Origin: Octopus bimaculoides
Taxonomy: Eukaryota
DNA length: 64,000 nucleotides
Assembly: GCF_001194135.2 (NCBI RefSeq)
Contig: NC_068986.1
Span: forward strand, 49,859,817 to 49,923,816
Reading direction: 5' to 3'
Position numbers and translations under genes: made by a program. How positions within the stretch are numbered: position 1 is the first letter of the stretch; every line of letters begins with the position of its first letter. The notes beneath the pieces are model-generated. The model worked only from the letters and a program-made list of their open reading frames with translations. It did no database searches and was not told the DNA's origin. Below, one piece after another: positions 11,267 through 22,881 of the stretch.

Positions 11267-12044
11267 GTAAGACACATCACCTTCCATTCCTTCGTGATCA
11301 GCTTTTGCACAACAATTGGACAAATGCCCATGTTACCATTCCCAGTCTCCTCATCTTCTTCCACTTAAATATACAGTTGTTTTTGTTTTTTTTAGGTTTT
11401 GTTTTGTTTTCTTGTGTTTATTGTTTTTTTTTCATTTTCTTTCTTTAAATGGCATATAATTAATTAGAGTAGAAAGAACAAATATCAGAGAAATGAAAAA
11501 TTAAAAAAAATTGTTTTCATCATCACCACCACCACCACCACCACACCCCAAGCCACCCCTGCCTTTCTATTCATTAAAAACGAAATACAAGAGGAACCAA
11601 AACCACACACACACACACACAAATCAATTCCTGTGAATATCAGTGATTGTGTAAGCAAGCACACACACACACACACACACACATAGAGCCTAACAGTAAC
11701 ACCATCTCAGTCTTTCACTCTCTGTCAGGGTCAGGTTTGTTTCACTATCACCATCACCGGTGCCATCACAGACACAACTGCTGCTACACAGAGAAACACA
11801 TGCATCTACAAACACACACATACACACACACACTCTACTGATTAATTATATGGCTGTTGCTTTCGGACCAATCAACTATGAACTCTAAATTCATGAATCT
11901 TGTTTGTCAAACAATCCACCGACACATTTTCTATCAGTCATTGTTGACAGTGTTTAAACAGAACAGGATTTCTACAGCACCCTTCTCCTTCCCCAACCCA
12001 GCTTCTAACCATTTCTCACTCTCTCATTCACTCACAAACAGTGA

Positions 12045-12078
<34 letters not shown>

Positions 12079-12549
12079 TGCACACAAGGCTTCACTATTT
12101 CTCACCTTCTCCAGATCACCAATCCTTTACACACTCATTTATATATAATTACACAAATATACACACACAATCTGTCTCTCTGCCTTTCACTCTCTCTCTC
12201 TCACTCTTTACATATATACACACACACACACGGAAGATAAATATATGTATTGTTTATTTTTACGCTGAGCTATAATAGTAAAATCAATTTTACACTGAAT
12301 TGAAAGATTACTCAATACTTCTTGAAAACCAAAATTTATTATTCTTTAAGAAGAACGGTGTTGACAGTGACTGAAGGTTTGGCCTGATGGAAGCAAAGCA
12401 GGCTGAAACTTTGAAGTAACTGTAGACAGAAATGAAACTTAAAATAGCAAAACAGGGCCTCCAATGCACAAGATAATTGCATACCTACACATATATATGT
12501 ATGAATGTGTGTGCGTGTGTGTGTGTGCGAGTGTGTGTGTGCATGTATG

Positions 12550-12933
12550 TGTAACAAGCAGTTTGCTTACCAACCACATGGTTCCGGGTTCAGTACCACT
12601 ACATGGCACCTTCAACACATGTCTTTTACTATAGCCTTAGGCTGATCAAAACCTTGTGAATGGATTTGATAGAAGGAAACTGAAAGAATCCCGTCATATA
12701 AAAATATATATGTATATATTTATGTGTGTGTGTATGTGTGTGTGTGTTTGTACCCCCTTCCATCACTTGATAACCAATGTTGGTGTGTTTATGTCCCTGA
12801 AACTTAGCAATTTGACAAAAGAGACTGTTAGAATAAGTACTAGGCTTACAAAGAATAAATCCTGGAGGTAATTTCTTCGACTAAGACCATTCTCCAGCAT
12901 GGCCGCAGACAAGCAACTGAAACAAGTAAAAGA

Positions 12934-12935
<2 letters not shown>
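12550..12935 (+). mobile_element. CORE-type SINE (OR1-like)
   Basis: GGTTCCGGGTTCAGTACCACT head, GGCACCTT core, tail CTCCAGCATGGCCGCAG...GAAACAAGTAAAAGA. Confidence 0.85.
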
Positions 12936-12959
<24 letters not shown>

Positions 12960-12965
<6 letters not shown>

Positions 12966-13160
12966 GTGTAGTAAGAAGTTTGCTTCCCAACTACATGGTT
13001 CTGGGTTCATTCCCACTGAGTGGCACCTTTAGCAAGTGTTTTCTACTAGAGCTTCAGGGCAACCACAGCCTCGTGGAGTAGATTTGGTAGACAGAAACAG
13101 AAAGAAGCTCATCATGTGTGTGTATGTGTATGCCCCACCACTGCATGACAACTGGTGTTG
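12960..13160 (+). mobile_element. 5' half of CORE-type SINE (OR1-like)
   Basis: GTGTAGTAAGAAGTTTGCTTCCCAAC...GGCACCTTTAGCAAGTG...GATTTGGTAGACAGAAAC. Confidence 0.8.
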
Positions 13161-13217
13161 GTGTGCTTACATCATTACACACTTACTACAGTGGTCCTTC
13201 AGTTCTTCTAAGCCATA

Positions 13218-13443
13218 CTCTTTACTCTTTTACTTGTTTCAGTCATTTGACTGTGGCCATGCTGGAGCACCGCCTTTAGTCGAGCAAATCGACCCCAGGA
13301 CTTATTCTTTGGAAACCTAATACTTATTCTATCAGTCTCTTTTTAACCGAACAGCTAAGTTACAGGGACGTAAAAACACCAGCATCGGTTGTCAAGCGAT
13401 GTTGGGGTGACAAACAGACACACAGACATATACACAAACATAC

Positions 13444-13480
<37 letters not shown>

Positions 13481-13562
13481 TACGACGGGCTTCTTTCAGT
13501 TTCCGTCTACCAAATCCACTCACAAGGCTTTAGTCGGCCCGAGGCTATAGTAGAAGACACTT
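13218..13562 (-). mobile_element. CORE-type SINE, young-looking, cut by a gap (OR1-like)
   Basis: Nearly identical to 9171-9480. Confidence 0.88.
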
Positions 13563-14589
13563 NNNNNNNNNNNNNNNNNNNNNNNNNNNNNNNNNNNNNN
13601 NNNNNNNNNNNNNNNNNNNNNNNNNNNNNNNNNNNNNNNNNNNNNNNNNNNNNNNNNNNNNNNNNNNNNNNNNNNNNNNNNNNNNNNNNNNNNNNNNNNN
13701 NNNNNNNNNNNNNNNNNNNNNNNNNNNNNNNNNNNNNNNNNNNNNNNNNNNNNNNNNNNNNNNNNNNNNNNNNNNNNNNNNNNNNNNNNNNNNNNNNNNN
13801 NNNNNNNNNNNNNNNNNNNNNNNNNNNNNNNNNNNNNNNNNNNNNNNNNNNNNNNNNNNNNNNNNNNNNNNNNNNNNNNNNNNNNNNNNNNNNNNNNNNN
13901 NNNNNNNNNNNNNNNNNNNNNNNNNNNNNNNNNNNNNNNNNNNNNNNNNNNNNNNNNNNNNNNNNNNNNNNNNNNNNNNNNNNNNNNNNNNNNNNNNNNN
14001 NNNNNNNNNNNNNNNNNNNNNNNNNNNNNNNNNNNNNNNNNNNNNNNNNNNNNNNNNNNNNNNNNNNNNNNNNTGAATAACTGGAACTTTATTACATTTT
14101 TAATAATTTTTTTCTCTTAAGCTTCATAAGATTTGTTGCATGTATTATTTTCAATTTTGATTTTCATTCATTGCCCTTCAGCCAAAACGAAGGCCAAGGA
14201 AGGAGACATTGTACACACACGTGTCCATGTGTGTGTGTGTGTGTCTGTGTGTGTGTGTGTGCGTGTATCTTTTCACACAGAATAGCTTTCATTTGTAATT
14301 TGTTATTTGAGCTCTCCACATGACTTGTTTTGCATTGTTTTGTTTTTGTTTGGATTGTTCTTTTTTTCCCTTTGGTTATTTAATGTTTGCTTGTTGTTGT
14401 TGTTGTTGTCGTTCACTTTTACTTAGCATTGGTGGTGTTTCATTAGTGCTGACGTCTTGTCAACAACATTTCGCAGGGATTATACACTGGCAACATGTGA
14501 GGAGACACAGACACACTGACTTAGTTTCGCTGCTGCTACTGCTGCTGGTGCTGTACTTCTTTAACTAGTGATTGGCACTGATTGAAGTG

Positions 14590-14635
<46 letters not shown>

Positions 14636-15344
14636 CAACGTCATCATCATCATTTGATGCTCCTTTATCCATACTGGCATGGTTTGACAAGAACAGACAA
14701 GCATGGTTTCTACAGTCAATGCCCTTCCTAATGCCAAACACTGAACAGAATATACCGAGTGCTGTTTACATGGCACCAGCACCAGAGAGGTCACCAAGTA
14801 CCCACAAGATAAGACTCCTCAGCTGAGCGGGGTATACACTGGAGATGAAACATCATCACCATCATACTATGACAAAGTTGAGCAACCAATTCCAAACAAT
14901 CGGGATTCACAGTACAGGCTGCACTATTCATCAATGAAAGCGTAGACCATGAAACCTATGTTTCGAGATTTTTCTTAGTCACCTTCATACCCTTGTACGC
15001 AAATCAGTCACAAGGTCATTCATTTACACATGAATCAACTGGAGCAACATGAAATAAGGTGTTTTGCTGGGAAAGACTTGCTGAACCAACTATGGAAGGG
15101 GAAAAAGTAAAAACAATAATCATTATTACTATTATTGTTATTGTCAAGGTTAAAGGTAAATACTAAGCTGGGTGATTGTACATACCACTTGTAAGGCGGA
15201 CGTCCACTAGAGAGAATGTCATGGTGAAAAAATAAATAACAATAATAATAACTAAAATAAGTAAGAAGGATGAAATTAACAATAAGAACTTAGCTATATA
15301 ATGTTATAACTCATACGCAACCTTAGCATTAAACGCATGTCTTG

Positions 15345-15500
15345 CTTTGGTATGTTGGTTCCCTGACGATGAATTTATGTGCAATTCCAGCACCTCTTAC
15401 TTCTTTGGAGTAGAGTGCACATATATTTTGAAACATATGTCGGAATTAAAGGAACTTATTGATTATATGCGTTTTGCTCTATTTATTATATATCTCTCTC
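15345..15500 (+). mobile_element. Penelope-like element terminal (pLTR-like) fragment
   Basis: Hammerhead motif followed by ATTAAA, a T-rich tail and (TA)n, the same layout as 24370-24531 and 47323-47390. Confidence 0.55.
15359..15445 (+). ncRNA. Minimal type I hammerhead ribozyme motif (Penelope-type)
   Basis: TTCC-CTGACGA (15363-69)...GAAA (15430-33)-CATAT-GTC|GGAA; stem I TTCC/GGAA; palindromic stem III ACATATGT; stem II TATGTGC/GCACATA with imperfect base. Confidence 0.65.
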
Positions 15501-15679
15501 AATATATATATATATATATANNNNNNNNNNNNNNNNNNNNNNNNNNNNNNNNNNNNNNNNNNNNNNNNNNNNNNNNNNNNNNNNNNNNNNNNNNNNNNNN
15601 NNNNNNNNNNNNNNNNNNNNNNNNNNNNNNNNNNNNNNNNNNNNNNNNNNNNNNNNNNNNNNNNNNNNNNNNNNNNNNN

Positions 15680-15986
15680 GGCGTTTTGAGTGCTTATTGA
15701 GCGAAAACACCTAAAGTTCCACATGGCTCCAGCAGGGGATAGTGGCGAACCCTGCTGTACTCTTTCACCACAACTTTCTCTCGCTCTTTCTTCCTGTTTC
15801 TGTTGTACCTGTATTTCAAAGGGCCAGCCTTGTCACTCTGTGTCACGCTGAATCTCCCCGAGAACTACGTTAAGGGTACGCGTGTCTGTGGAGTGCTCAG
15901 CCACTTGCACGTTAATTTCACGAGCAGGCTGTTCCGTTGATCGGATCAACTGGAACCCTTGTCGTCGTAACTGACAGAGTGCCAAC
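15680..15986 (+). mobile_element. tRNA-derived SINE, OK-like family variant A (head lost in gap)
   Basis: High identity to 51612-51985 and 57035-57392. Confidence 0.88.
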
Positions 15987-16380
15987 CAGCATATATATAT
16001 GCACGGGAGTGGCCATAGAGGTTCAAGAGTGGCTCTGTGGTAGTGTGGTAGGTAGCTTGCTTACCTCCATTTTGGCGAGTGCTTCTGGTTACTGTTGCTG
16101 CTATTTTGTTCTTACTTTGGAACAAGTAAGACGTGCCTTGTTATTGGGAAATGTTTTTGAATATGCCTATAAAAGCTGTTATTTTATTATGCCGGCTACA
16201 GCCTAATGATACCAACTGGCAATAGCAGTTTTTTTGCCTAGAGAAATGAACGTATGAATCTTGGGAATACGGCCTATGATCATAAGAAACATAAGATTTG
16301 TGGAAATGTGCATAGCAATGCATTAAAATATTTATAAATTCCATCCATGGAATTATTATTATTACTACTATATATATATA

Positions 16381-16418
<38 letters not shown>

Positions 16419-16593
16419 TTTAATGAGTACTTCCATCACTTCATATTTTAAAGTAATTTAAATCAGATTTCCTCACCCTTTTACATCACATATTAATTTC
16501 ATGCAAGAGAATTTTCCCACTGACTGGGGTGTCATAGGCATAGCAAAACCCAATAAAGTGCATAATATATAATTTAATTATTACATATATAAA

Positions 16594-16965
16594 AACAAGA
16601 GCACTCAGAGAGCGCAAACCTCTGCGAAAGCAACACCAATGTCTTCTCAATGATTAGCCAAAGATGATTTTTAAAATGAGAATATCTAAAATAAATTTGA
16701 CTGCTCTCACAAAAGAGAATACTAAAAATGAACCCGACTGCTCTCAAAAATTAAGTAAAAAAAAAAGCTGGAAAAATAATCCAGAATCTTTGTCCGGTAC
16801 CAGATCAAGTCTCAAAATCTAATTAGTTCGTGCCAGTCATGAGGCCAAACGTCCTTGAATGTTTCATCCCAATCCATCCTGCGGTTCTCGAGATATCTTG
16901 TCCATGGACAAACAAACAAACATGACTGAAATCAATAACTCCACCTTCGCTAAGGCAGAGGTTAT
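16594..16965 (-). mobile_element. Non-autonomous Helentron/DINE-1-like (HINE) element
   Basis: Minus strand: 5' hairpin ACCTCTGCC-TTAGCGAA-GGTGGAG, (GTTT)n microsatellite, 3' subTIR GCAGAGGT, stem-loop GCGCTCTCTGAGTGC, end CTTGT into a T run; no TSD. Confidence 0.6.
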
Positions 16966-17071
16966 AAAGTAAAATGAAAAATCCATATAATGTTAAAAAA
17001 GTCATAGAACACCTGATAGTCAATAAAATAGAAATATAACCAAAAAAATTGGTCTGGTACCAAATGATCCA

Positions 17072-17415
17072 TGACCCCCGAAATTTCATCTTAATTTATA
17101 TTCTAAATACTAAATTAATAATCCTTTCTACTAATATGGACAGAGGGCCGAAATCTTATGGGGGGAAGGGGCAATCAATTACCTCAACCCCAGTGCTTAA
17201 CTGGTACTCATTTTAACAATCCTGATGCGATGAAAGGCAGACCCCGAAAATTTCATCTTAATTTATATTCCAAACACCAACTATATAGACATAGGGCCTG
17301 AAATCTTATGGGGAAGGGGCAGTCAATTACCTCAACCCCAATGCTCAACTGGTACATATTTCAATGACCCTGAAATGATGAAAGGCAAATTCAAACTTCG
17401 TGAATTTGAACTTAA
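17072..17415 (-). repeat. Tandem duplication (about 170-bp unit) containing the 3' part of an OR2-like SINE
   Basis: CCCCGAAATTTCATCTTAATTTATATTC...GAAATCTTATGGGG...CAATTACCTCAACCCCA...GATGAAAGGCA occurs twice back to back. Confidence 0.75.
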
Positions 17416-18166
17416 AAACATAAAGACAGAAAAAAAACTGCCACTAANNNNNNNNNNNNNNNNNNNNNNNNNNNNNNNNNNNNNNNNNNNNNNNNNNNNN
17501 NNNNNNNNNNNNNNNNNNNNNNNNNNNNNNNNNNNNNNNNNNNNNNNNNNNNNNNNNNNNNNNNNNNNNNNNNNNNNNNNNNNNNNNNNNNNNNNNNNNN
17601 NNNNNNNNNNNNNNNNNNNNNNNNNNNNNNNNNNNNNNNNNNNNNNNNNNNNNNNNNNNNNNNNNNNNNNNNNNNNNNNNNNNNNNNNNNNNNNNNNNNN
17701 NNNNNNNNNNNNNNNNNNNNNNNNNNNNNNNNNNNNNNNNNNNNNNNNNNNNNNNNNNNNNNNNNNNNNNNNNNNNNNNNNNNNNNNNNNNNNNNNNNNN
17801 NNNNNNNNNNNNNNNNNNNNNNNNNNNNNNNNNNNNNNNNNNNNNNNNNNNNNNNNNNNNNNNNNNNNNNNNNNNNNNNNNNNNNNNNNNNNNNNNNNNN
17901 NNNGTTTTTTCTTTACACAAATCTTCAACCATGTTTTTTTGTTTCATTTTACTGTTTATTTTATGTATTTTATTTTATTTTATTTATTTTAGTAATTTTT
18001 TTTTTAAATAAATTTCCAGTTATAAGAATAGTTGAACCTCTAACCTATCAGACTAAATGTCAGTCATAGAGAGAAAGAAAGCAAGAAGAAGAAGAAAAAA
18101 ACATGAATGCAAAGAGCGTATAGACATAGTAGAGATTGTGGATGTGTGTGTGTGCGTGTGTGGTGC

Positions 18167-18207
<41 letters not shown>

Positions 18208-18744
18208 AGGCAGAAAGAGAGAAAAATGCCATTGGAGTGAACCATCAAGCAAAACAGAAGAGTGTGACATATTTATGCTGCTGGTAAAAATTTATTTTAT
18301 TGGATAACCACTTAACTAGAAACACTTCGAGACATGGACTACCGCTTGGTTATGTGGATTTATAGAGGAGGGTTATTTCTGTTATTTATTTATTTCATTG
18401 TTTTTGTTGTTGTTGGCTGTTATGGTTGTCCTTTTGTTTGGTTTTTTTTTTTCTTTTTTTCTTTTTCTGATCTTAGTTTGTCAGAGTTTTTAATTTTTTG
18501 TTTTGTTTTCTTTTCCATTTATTTTATTTATTTATTATTATTATTCTTTTTTTTTTTTTGCTTTACTGGTTCTTATTTGAACAACAGAGATATCACAATA
18601 GAGTTGGCTAATTGGTTATCTGGTTACATTCAAATAGGCTAAACTGATTAGGTTTTTGCCTCATTTGTTGTCGTGCGCAGCAGCAGTAGTAGAGATGGTG
18701 GGGGGGGGGAGTGAGGGGGAAAATGTGGTCAAGTGCCAACAAAA

Positions 18745-19150
18745 TCATCATCATCATTGTTGTTTAATGTCCACTTTTTCCAGGCTTGCATGAACCAGAC
18801 AGGAATTCGTCGAGACAGATTTTCTACAGCCTGATGCCCCACCTGATGCCGACTATCACCTGTTTCCCCAGGTAAGCTAACATTTCCCATCATCAAACAT
18901 GTTTTTCCACAGAAGACTGGAAACAAACAACTTCACTCGTATGATGGCAATGCACATTTACAATTGTCACTCAACATCTCTTCAAGAGCAGACACAGACA
19001 CATGTATACAATTATATGGCGGGCTTCTTTCAGTTTCCGCCCACCAAATCCAGTCAGAAAACTTCGTTCAGCCTGAGGCTACAGTAGAAGACATTTGCCC
19101 AATGTGCCACGCAGTACCCAAACAACATAGTTGGGAAGCCTCTTTTAACC
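18745..19150 (-). mobile_element. Chimeric SINE: OR1-like 5' half joined to an RTE-type (GAT)n tail
   Basis: GGGCTTCTTTCAGTTTCC...TTTGCCCAA head on the right; GGAAACAAAC...TTTCTACAGCCTGATGCC...TCCACTTTTCCA-(CAT)n on the left; same layout at 54160-54570 and 55240-55555. Confidence 0.7.
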
Positions 19151-19159
19151 ATACAGTCA

Positions 19160-19562
19160 TATATCTTTTATCTTTTATTTGTTTCAGTCATTTGACTGTG
19201 GCCATGCTGGGGCACTACCTTGAATGGTTTTAGTCAAACAAATCGACCCTAGGACTTTTTTTAAAAAATTTTTCCGAAGCCTAGTAATTATTCTACCAGT
19301 CTCTTTTGCTGAACGACTAAGTTATGGGGGTGTAAACACACCAACACCTGTAGTCAAATAGTGGTGAGGTAAACAGATACAAAGACACACACACACACAC
19401 ATGATGAGCTTCTTTCATTTTCTGTCTGCCAAAATCCACTCACAAGGCTTTAGTTGATTCAAGGCTCTAGTAGAAGGCACTTGCCCAAGGTGTCCCACAG
19501 TGAAACTGAGCCCAGAACCATGTAGTTGGGAAGCAAGTTTCTTCCCACACAGCCACACCTAC
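19160..19562 (-). mobile_element. CORE-type SINE (OR1-like)
   Basis: All family blocks present. Confidence 0.85.
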
Positions 19563-19759
19563 ACTAAGTTCAAGTCCTGAGCATTTTATTTTTTATTTTC
19601 CTTCTTTTTTGAAATTAAGCGTAATCAATTCTGCAAAAGGCAAAGTTGACTTCAGCACAATTTGAACTCAGAATGTAAAGTACTTGAACAAATACTGCAA
19701 AACATTGAGAGCCTATGCTCTAACAATTCAGCCACTACCACCCAATAATAACAATAATA

Positions 19760-20266
19760 GGAAGTGTTATCATGTACATGTTTTGACTTGGTATAAAAGA
19801 TAGGCTACAACAAACATTCTGTTCAATACCACAGATTTGCTTGTCAGTTTCTTGACCTTAAGCAATTGAGCATGTCCCTTGGTGGCTGACAATATATGCA
19901 TCTCTGATCATGAGCAGAAGTAGTGGAGGAGCATCATAGCCATGTGTTGAAAAGAATTCTTCGGAGTTTCAATAATTCACCCCTTGAAACATGGGTGTTT
20001 CAGTCAACTTCTATACGAAACTCTTATTCAGGTACCTGCTGAGCAGGATAGGTTACTCGACCTGAAGAAAATTCTAACTGGGCTCCAGCTGCGAGGTCAT
20101 GCGCTGTTTATCTTGGTATGAGATACCCATGTCGTGCACATATGGTTGTAATGCATGTGCCTAATGTACCTTTCTCAGACAGGCAGTCACGATGGGTATA
20201 TTGGGCTTCGTATATTTTTACCCCAGTGTCACTTTGATGGCATGCACTGCTCTCAAACTCAATAAT
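19760..20266 (+). mobile_element. About 570-bp non-coding repeat ending in CTC-(AAT)n (slightly 5'-truncated copy)
   Basis: Colinear with 38601-39167 and with reverse-strand 52500-52945. Confidence 0.85.
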
Positions 20267-20284
20267 ATAGTTCTTGTGTACACC

Positions 20285-20630
20285 TTTAACAAATAGTCAA
20301 GAATAAAGGTGAAAAAATAGATAAATACAACCCTCTTAAGTGCAAAATAGCCCAGCTATGGAAAATGAAGAAGGTGAAGATAGTCCCAATTATTGTTGGG
20401 TCTTTAGGAAGAGTATCAGATGGCATCAAGAGGAATATCAAAGAAATTGGAATAGAGTGCCCAGTAGAACTATTGCAAAAGGTCTGCCTTCTTGGCACAA
20501 CCAGAATAATCAGGAAAGTATTAGATAGCTGCAAAGAACAGATAATGTGGTACCGTAGGCTGCAGGATGGAATCCTGCTACGTATGTAAGACTCCAAAAG
20601 TTACAACAAAACCTGAGATAAAAAGAACAA
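20285..20630 (+). mobile_element. R4/Dong-like (restriction-like endonuclease) LINE 3' fragment
   Basis: KGEKIDKYNPLKCKIAQLWKMKKVKIVPIIVGSLGRVSDGIKRNIKEIGIECPVELLQKVCLLGTTRIIRKVLD matches the RLE C-terminus pattern (KxxKY...LW...V(I/V)P(I/V)V(I/V)GALG...LQKxxLLGTAxILRKVL); ends in AATAATAAT. Confidence 0.8.
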
Positions 20631-20639
20631 TAATAATGA

Positions 20640-20860
20640 AGGTATTTAAAATTTTGGCACAAGGCTAGCAGTTTTAGGGAAAGGGAGTTGATGATATCGA
20701 CCCTAGTACTTGACTGTTAAGTACCGCAGTACTTAATACAATCGACCCCCCCCCCCCCAAGAGCAAAGTTTATTTCAGCGGAATCTGAACTCAGAATGTA
20801 AAGCAGTAGAACAAATACTGCAAGGCATTTGACTTTATGCTCTCTAACAATTCTGCTACT
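20640..20860 (-). mobile_element. OR2-like CORE SINE
   Basis: GGCACAAGGC, TCGACCC, GGAATCTGAACTCAGAATGTAAAG, CTAACAATTCTGC blocks. Confidence 0.7.
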
Positions 20861-20904
20861 ACATTCCAATAATAATAATAATAATAATAATAATTATAAC
20901 AAGA

Positions 20905-20939
<35 letters not shown>

Positions 20940-21359
20940 AACAACAACAGCTTGACAATAGCAATATGAGGTGACAACACTGTACAACGTGGGCACTGCA
21001 CACTGTCAAGGAGTAATTTCCAGCAGACCTGACAGTCACACAAGACCATCAATACAAAACATGCTCCATGATTGATGATATGTCATGTATCATAAGCAGG
21101 AACATTAATCAAAGAGTCAGAGAAAACAATTGAAATATAAAGAAATTTCGGATAGAGATTGCAACAATATAACTGGCTTGTACTGTTTGTTATACAGGAG
21201 TAATGAATACAACTGGTCGAGAATTAAGAGGCAGAACTGGTTCACAGAATCATTTTAAGGAGATGCAACAGAAGTAACTGGACCAGTGTTGCTAAAAGAA
21301 GTAATGCATACAACTGTTCGATAACGACTGCCAGTGCCACCACTGCCACCATTACCACT

Positions 21360-21600
21360 GTAATGTCCATTTTTTTCATGCTTGCATGGGTGAGACAGAA
21401 TTTGTTGAAGCATATTTTCTACAGCTGGATGCCCTTCCTGTTGCCAACCCACATGAGTTTTCCAAGTAAGTTGATATTTCACTATGACCAGACATGCTTT
21501 CATGGGAGATTAGAAATGACCTACACCACTTGTACAACAGTGACATTCATTTACAAGTATCACGTGAAATCAAGACAAGGAGACACAAATGAATACATGC
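21360..21600 (-). mobile_element. 3' half of the chimeric SINE (RTE-type tail)
   Basis: CATGCTTGCATGGGTGAGACAGAATTTGTTG...CTACAGCTGGATGCCCTTCCTGTTGCCAACCC. Confidence 0.7.
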
Positions 21601-21639
21601 ACATATGTAACTGGCATTTCGTTGATTACAACAATGAGG

Positions 21640-21930
21640 GTTCCAACTGACTCAATCAACAGAACAGCCTGCTTATTAAATTAATATGCAAGCAGCCAAG
21701 CACTCTAAAGACATACATACCTTTAACGTAGTTGCCAGGGAGATGCAGTATGATATAGAATGTGATAAGGCTGGTCCTTTGAAATACAAGTACTAATCAT
21801 TTTTGCCAGATGAATGAACAGGAGGTATGTGAAATAAAGTGTCTTGTTCAAGGACACAACGCAGCATTGGGAATTGAGCTCGCGATCTTATGATTGTAAA
21901 GAAAATATCCAAGCAACTAAACCACACAGC
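21640..21930 (-). mobile_element. OK-like SINE variant B, degenerate
   Basis: CCTTTAACGTAGTT, AAGGCTGGTCCTTTGAAATACA, TTTTTGCCAG, GTGTCTTGTTCAAGGACAC. Confidence 0.65.
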
Positions 21931-22269
21931 TTCACATCTGTACATATACACATATATAAATAAATACAATACATTTTCTAGGGGTTTCCATCTACCAAAT
22001 CTACTTATAAAAATTTGGAGAGTCCAGGGCTTACAGAAGATTTTTGCCCTATGTGTCACACAGAAGGACTGAACCCACAATCATGTGACAAGGATGCAAA
22101 CTTCTTCACTACACAGCTACACCTGCACCTATTGACAACTGGTCACATGTATAAGAAAGCTTTCTAAAGTCATAATGAGCAATGGACGCAACTGCTTCAA
22201 AAGGAGCTATGGATACTACTGGTTTGAATGGTTATTAGAGCTCCAGAAGCAATAATCAAGAAGATAATA

Positions 22270-22450
22270 ATCCTTTCTTATTAGACACAAGGTTTGGAAG
22301 AGTGGGTAAGTTAACTGCATCAACCCCAGTGCTCAACTGCTACTTATTTTATCAACCCCAAAAGGGTGAAAGGTAACGTCAAACTCACCAGAATCTGAAC
22401 TCAGAATGTTAAAATGTATGAAATGCCGCTAAGCATTTTGTTCGGAGTGC
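22270..22450 (-). mobile_element. OR2-like CORE SINE
   Basis: ACCCCAGTGCTCAACTG...TGAAAGG...TCTGAACTCAGAATG...ATGCCGCTAAGCATTT. Confidence 0.7.
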
Positions 22451-22483
22451 TCACAGGCATACATACATATAAACATACACCAA

Positions 22484-22641
22484 CCATATTTTAACATAAG
22501 GAACCCATTTTTGTCAAATATTAGGTTAAAAAAATATGAGAGTTTCTTATACATGGGTAGCATTATAATCCCTTACAAGACTTTGCTTCCAAATTTTAAG
22601 CCGAAGAAATTAGGAGGTCCATTATACATGTTAAAATAGGG
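22484..22641. mobile_element. Short pogo/Tigger-like MITE (about 160 bp)
   Basis: CCATATTTTAACAT...GGAACC left end vs GGTCCATTATACATGTTAAAATAGGG right end; TA flanks decayed. Confidence 0.5.
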
Positions 22642-22644
22642 TGT

Positions 22645-22835
22645 GTGTGACCTTCACGTGTGGATGTGTGTGTGTGTAAGTGTGCATCTGTAATGTGTGA
22701 ATGTGTGGATGATTGTGTCGGTGCTGGGAAGTGGCCACTGCTAGTGTGTGCAGGGTGGTGTGATGTATGGTGTGGTGTGGGTGCTGGGAAATGGTCAGGG
22801 GTAGTGTGGGCAGGGTGGTGTGGTGTGTACCTATA
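22645..22835 (-). mobile_element. Inverted fragment of the Penelope 3' region
   Basis: Reverse complement CCACTTCCCAGCACCGACACAATCATCC...TTACAGATGCACACTTACACACACACACATCCAC matches 24145-24225. Confidence 0.75.
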
Positions 22836-22881
22836 CATATAAACATACACAAATATATATGTTTATACTTCTATTAATAAT

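Noticed and set aside
14320-14600. Cys-rich peptide KKYSTSSSSSSETKSVCLCLLTCCQCIIPAKCC on the minus strand
   Set aside because: Preceded by an in-frame stop with no start codon or credible acceptor
21198-21275. Possible + exon after TTGTTATACAG (VMNTTGRELRGRTGSQNHFKEMQQK or SNEYNWSRIKRQNWFTESF)
   Set aside because: Two frames equally plausible, no recognisable homolog; not supportable without RNA data
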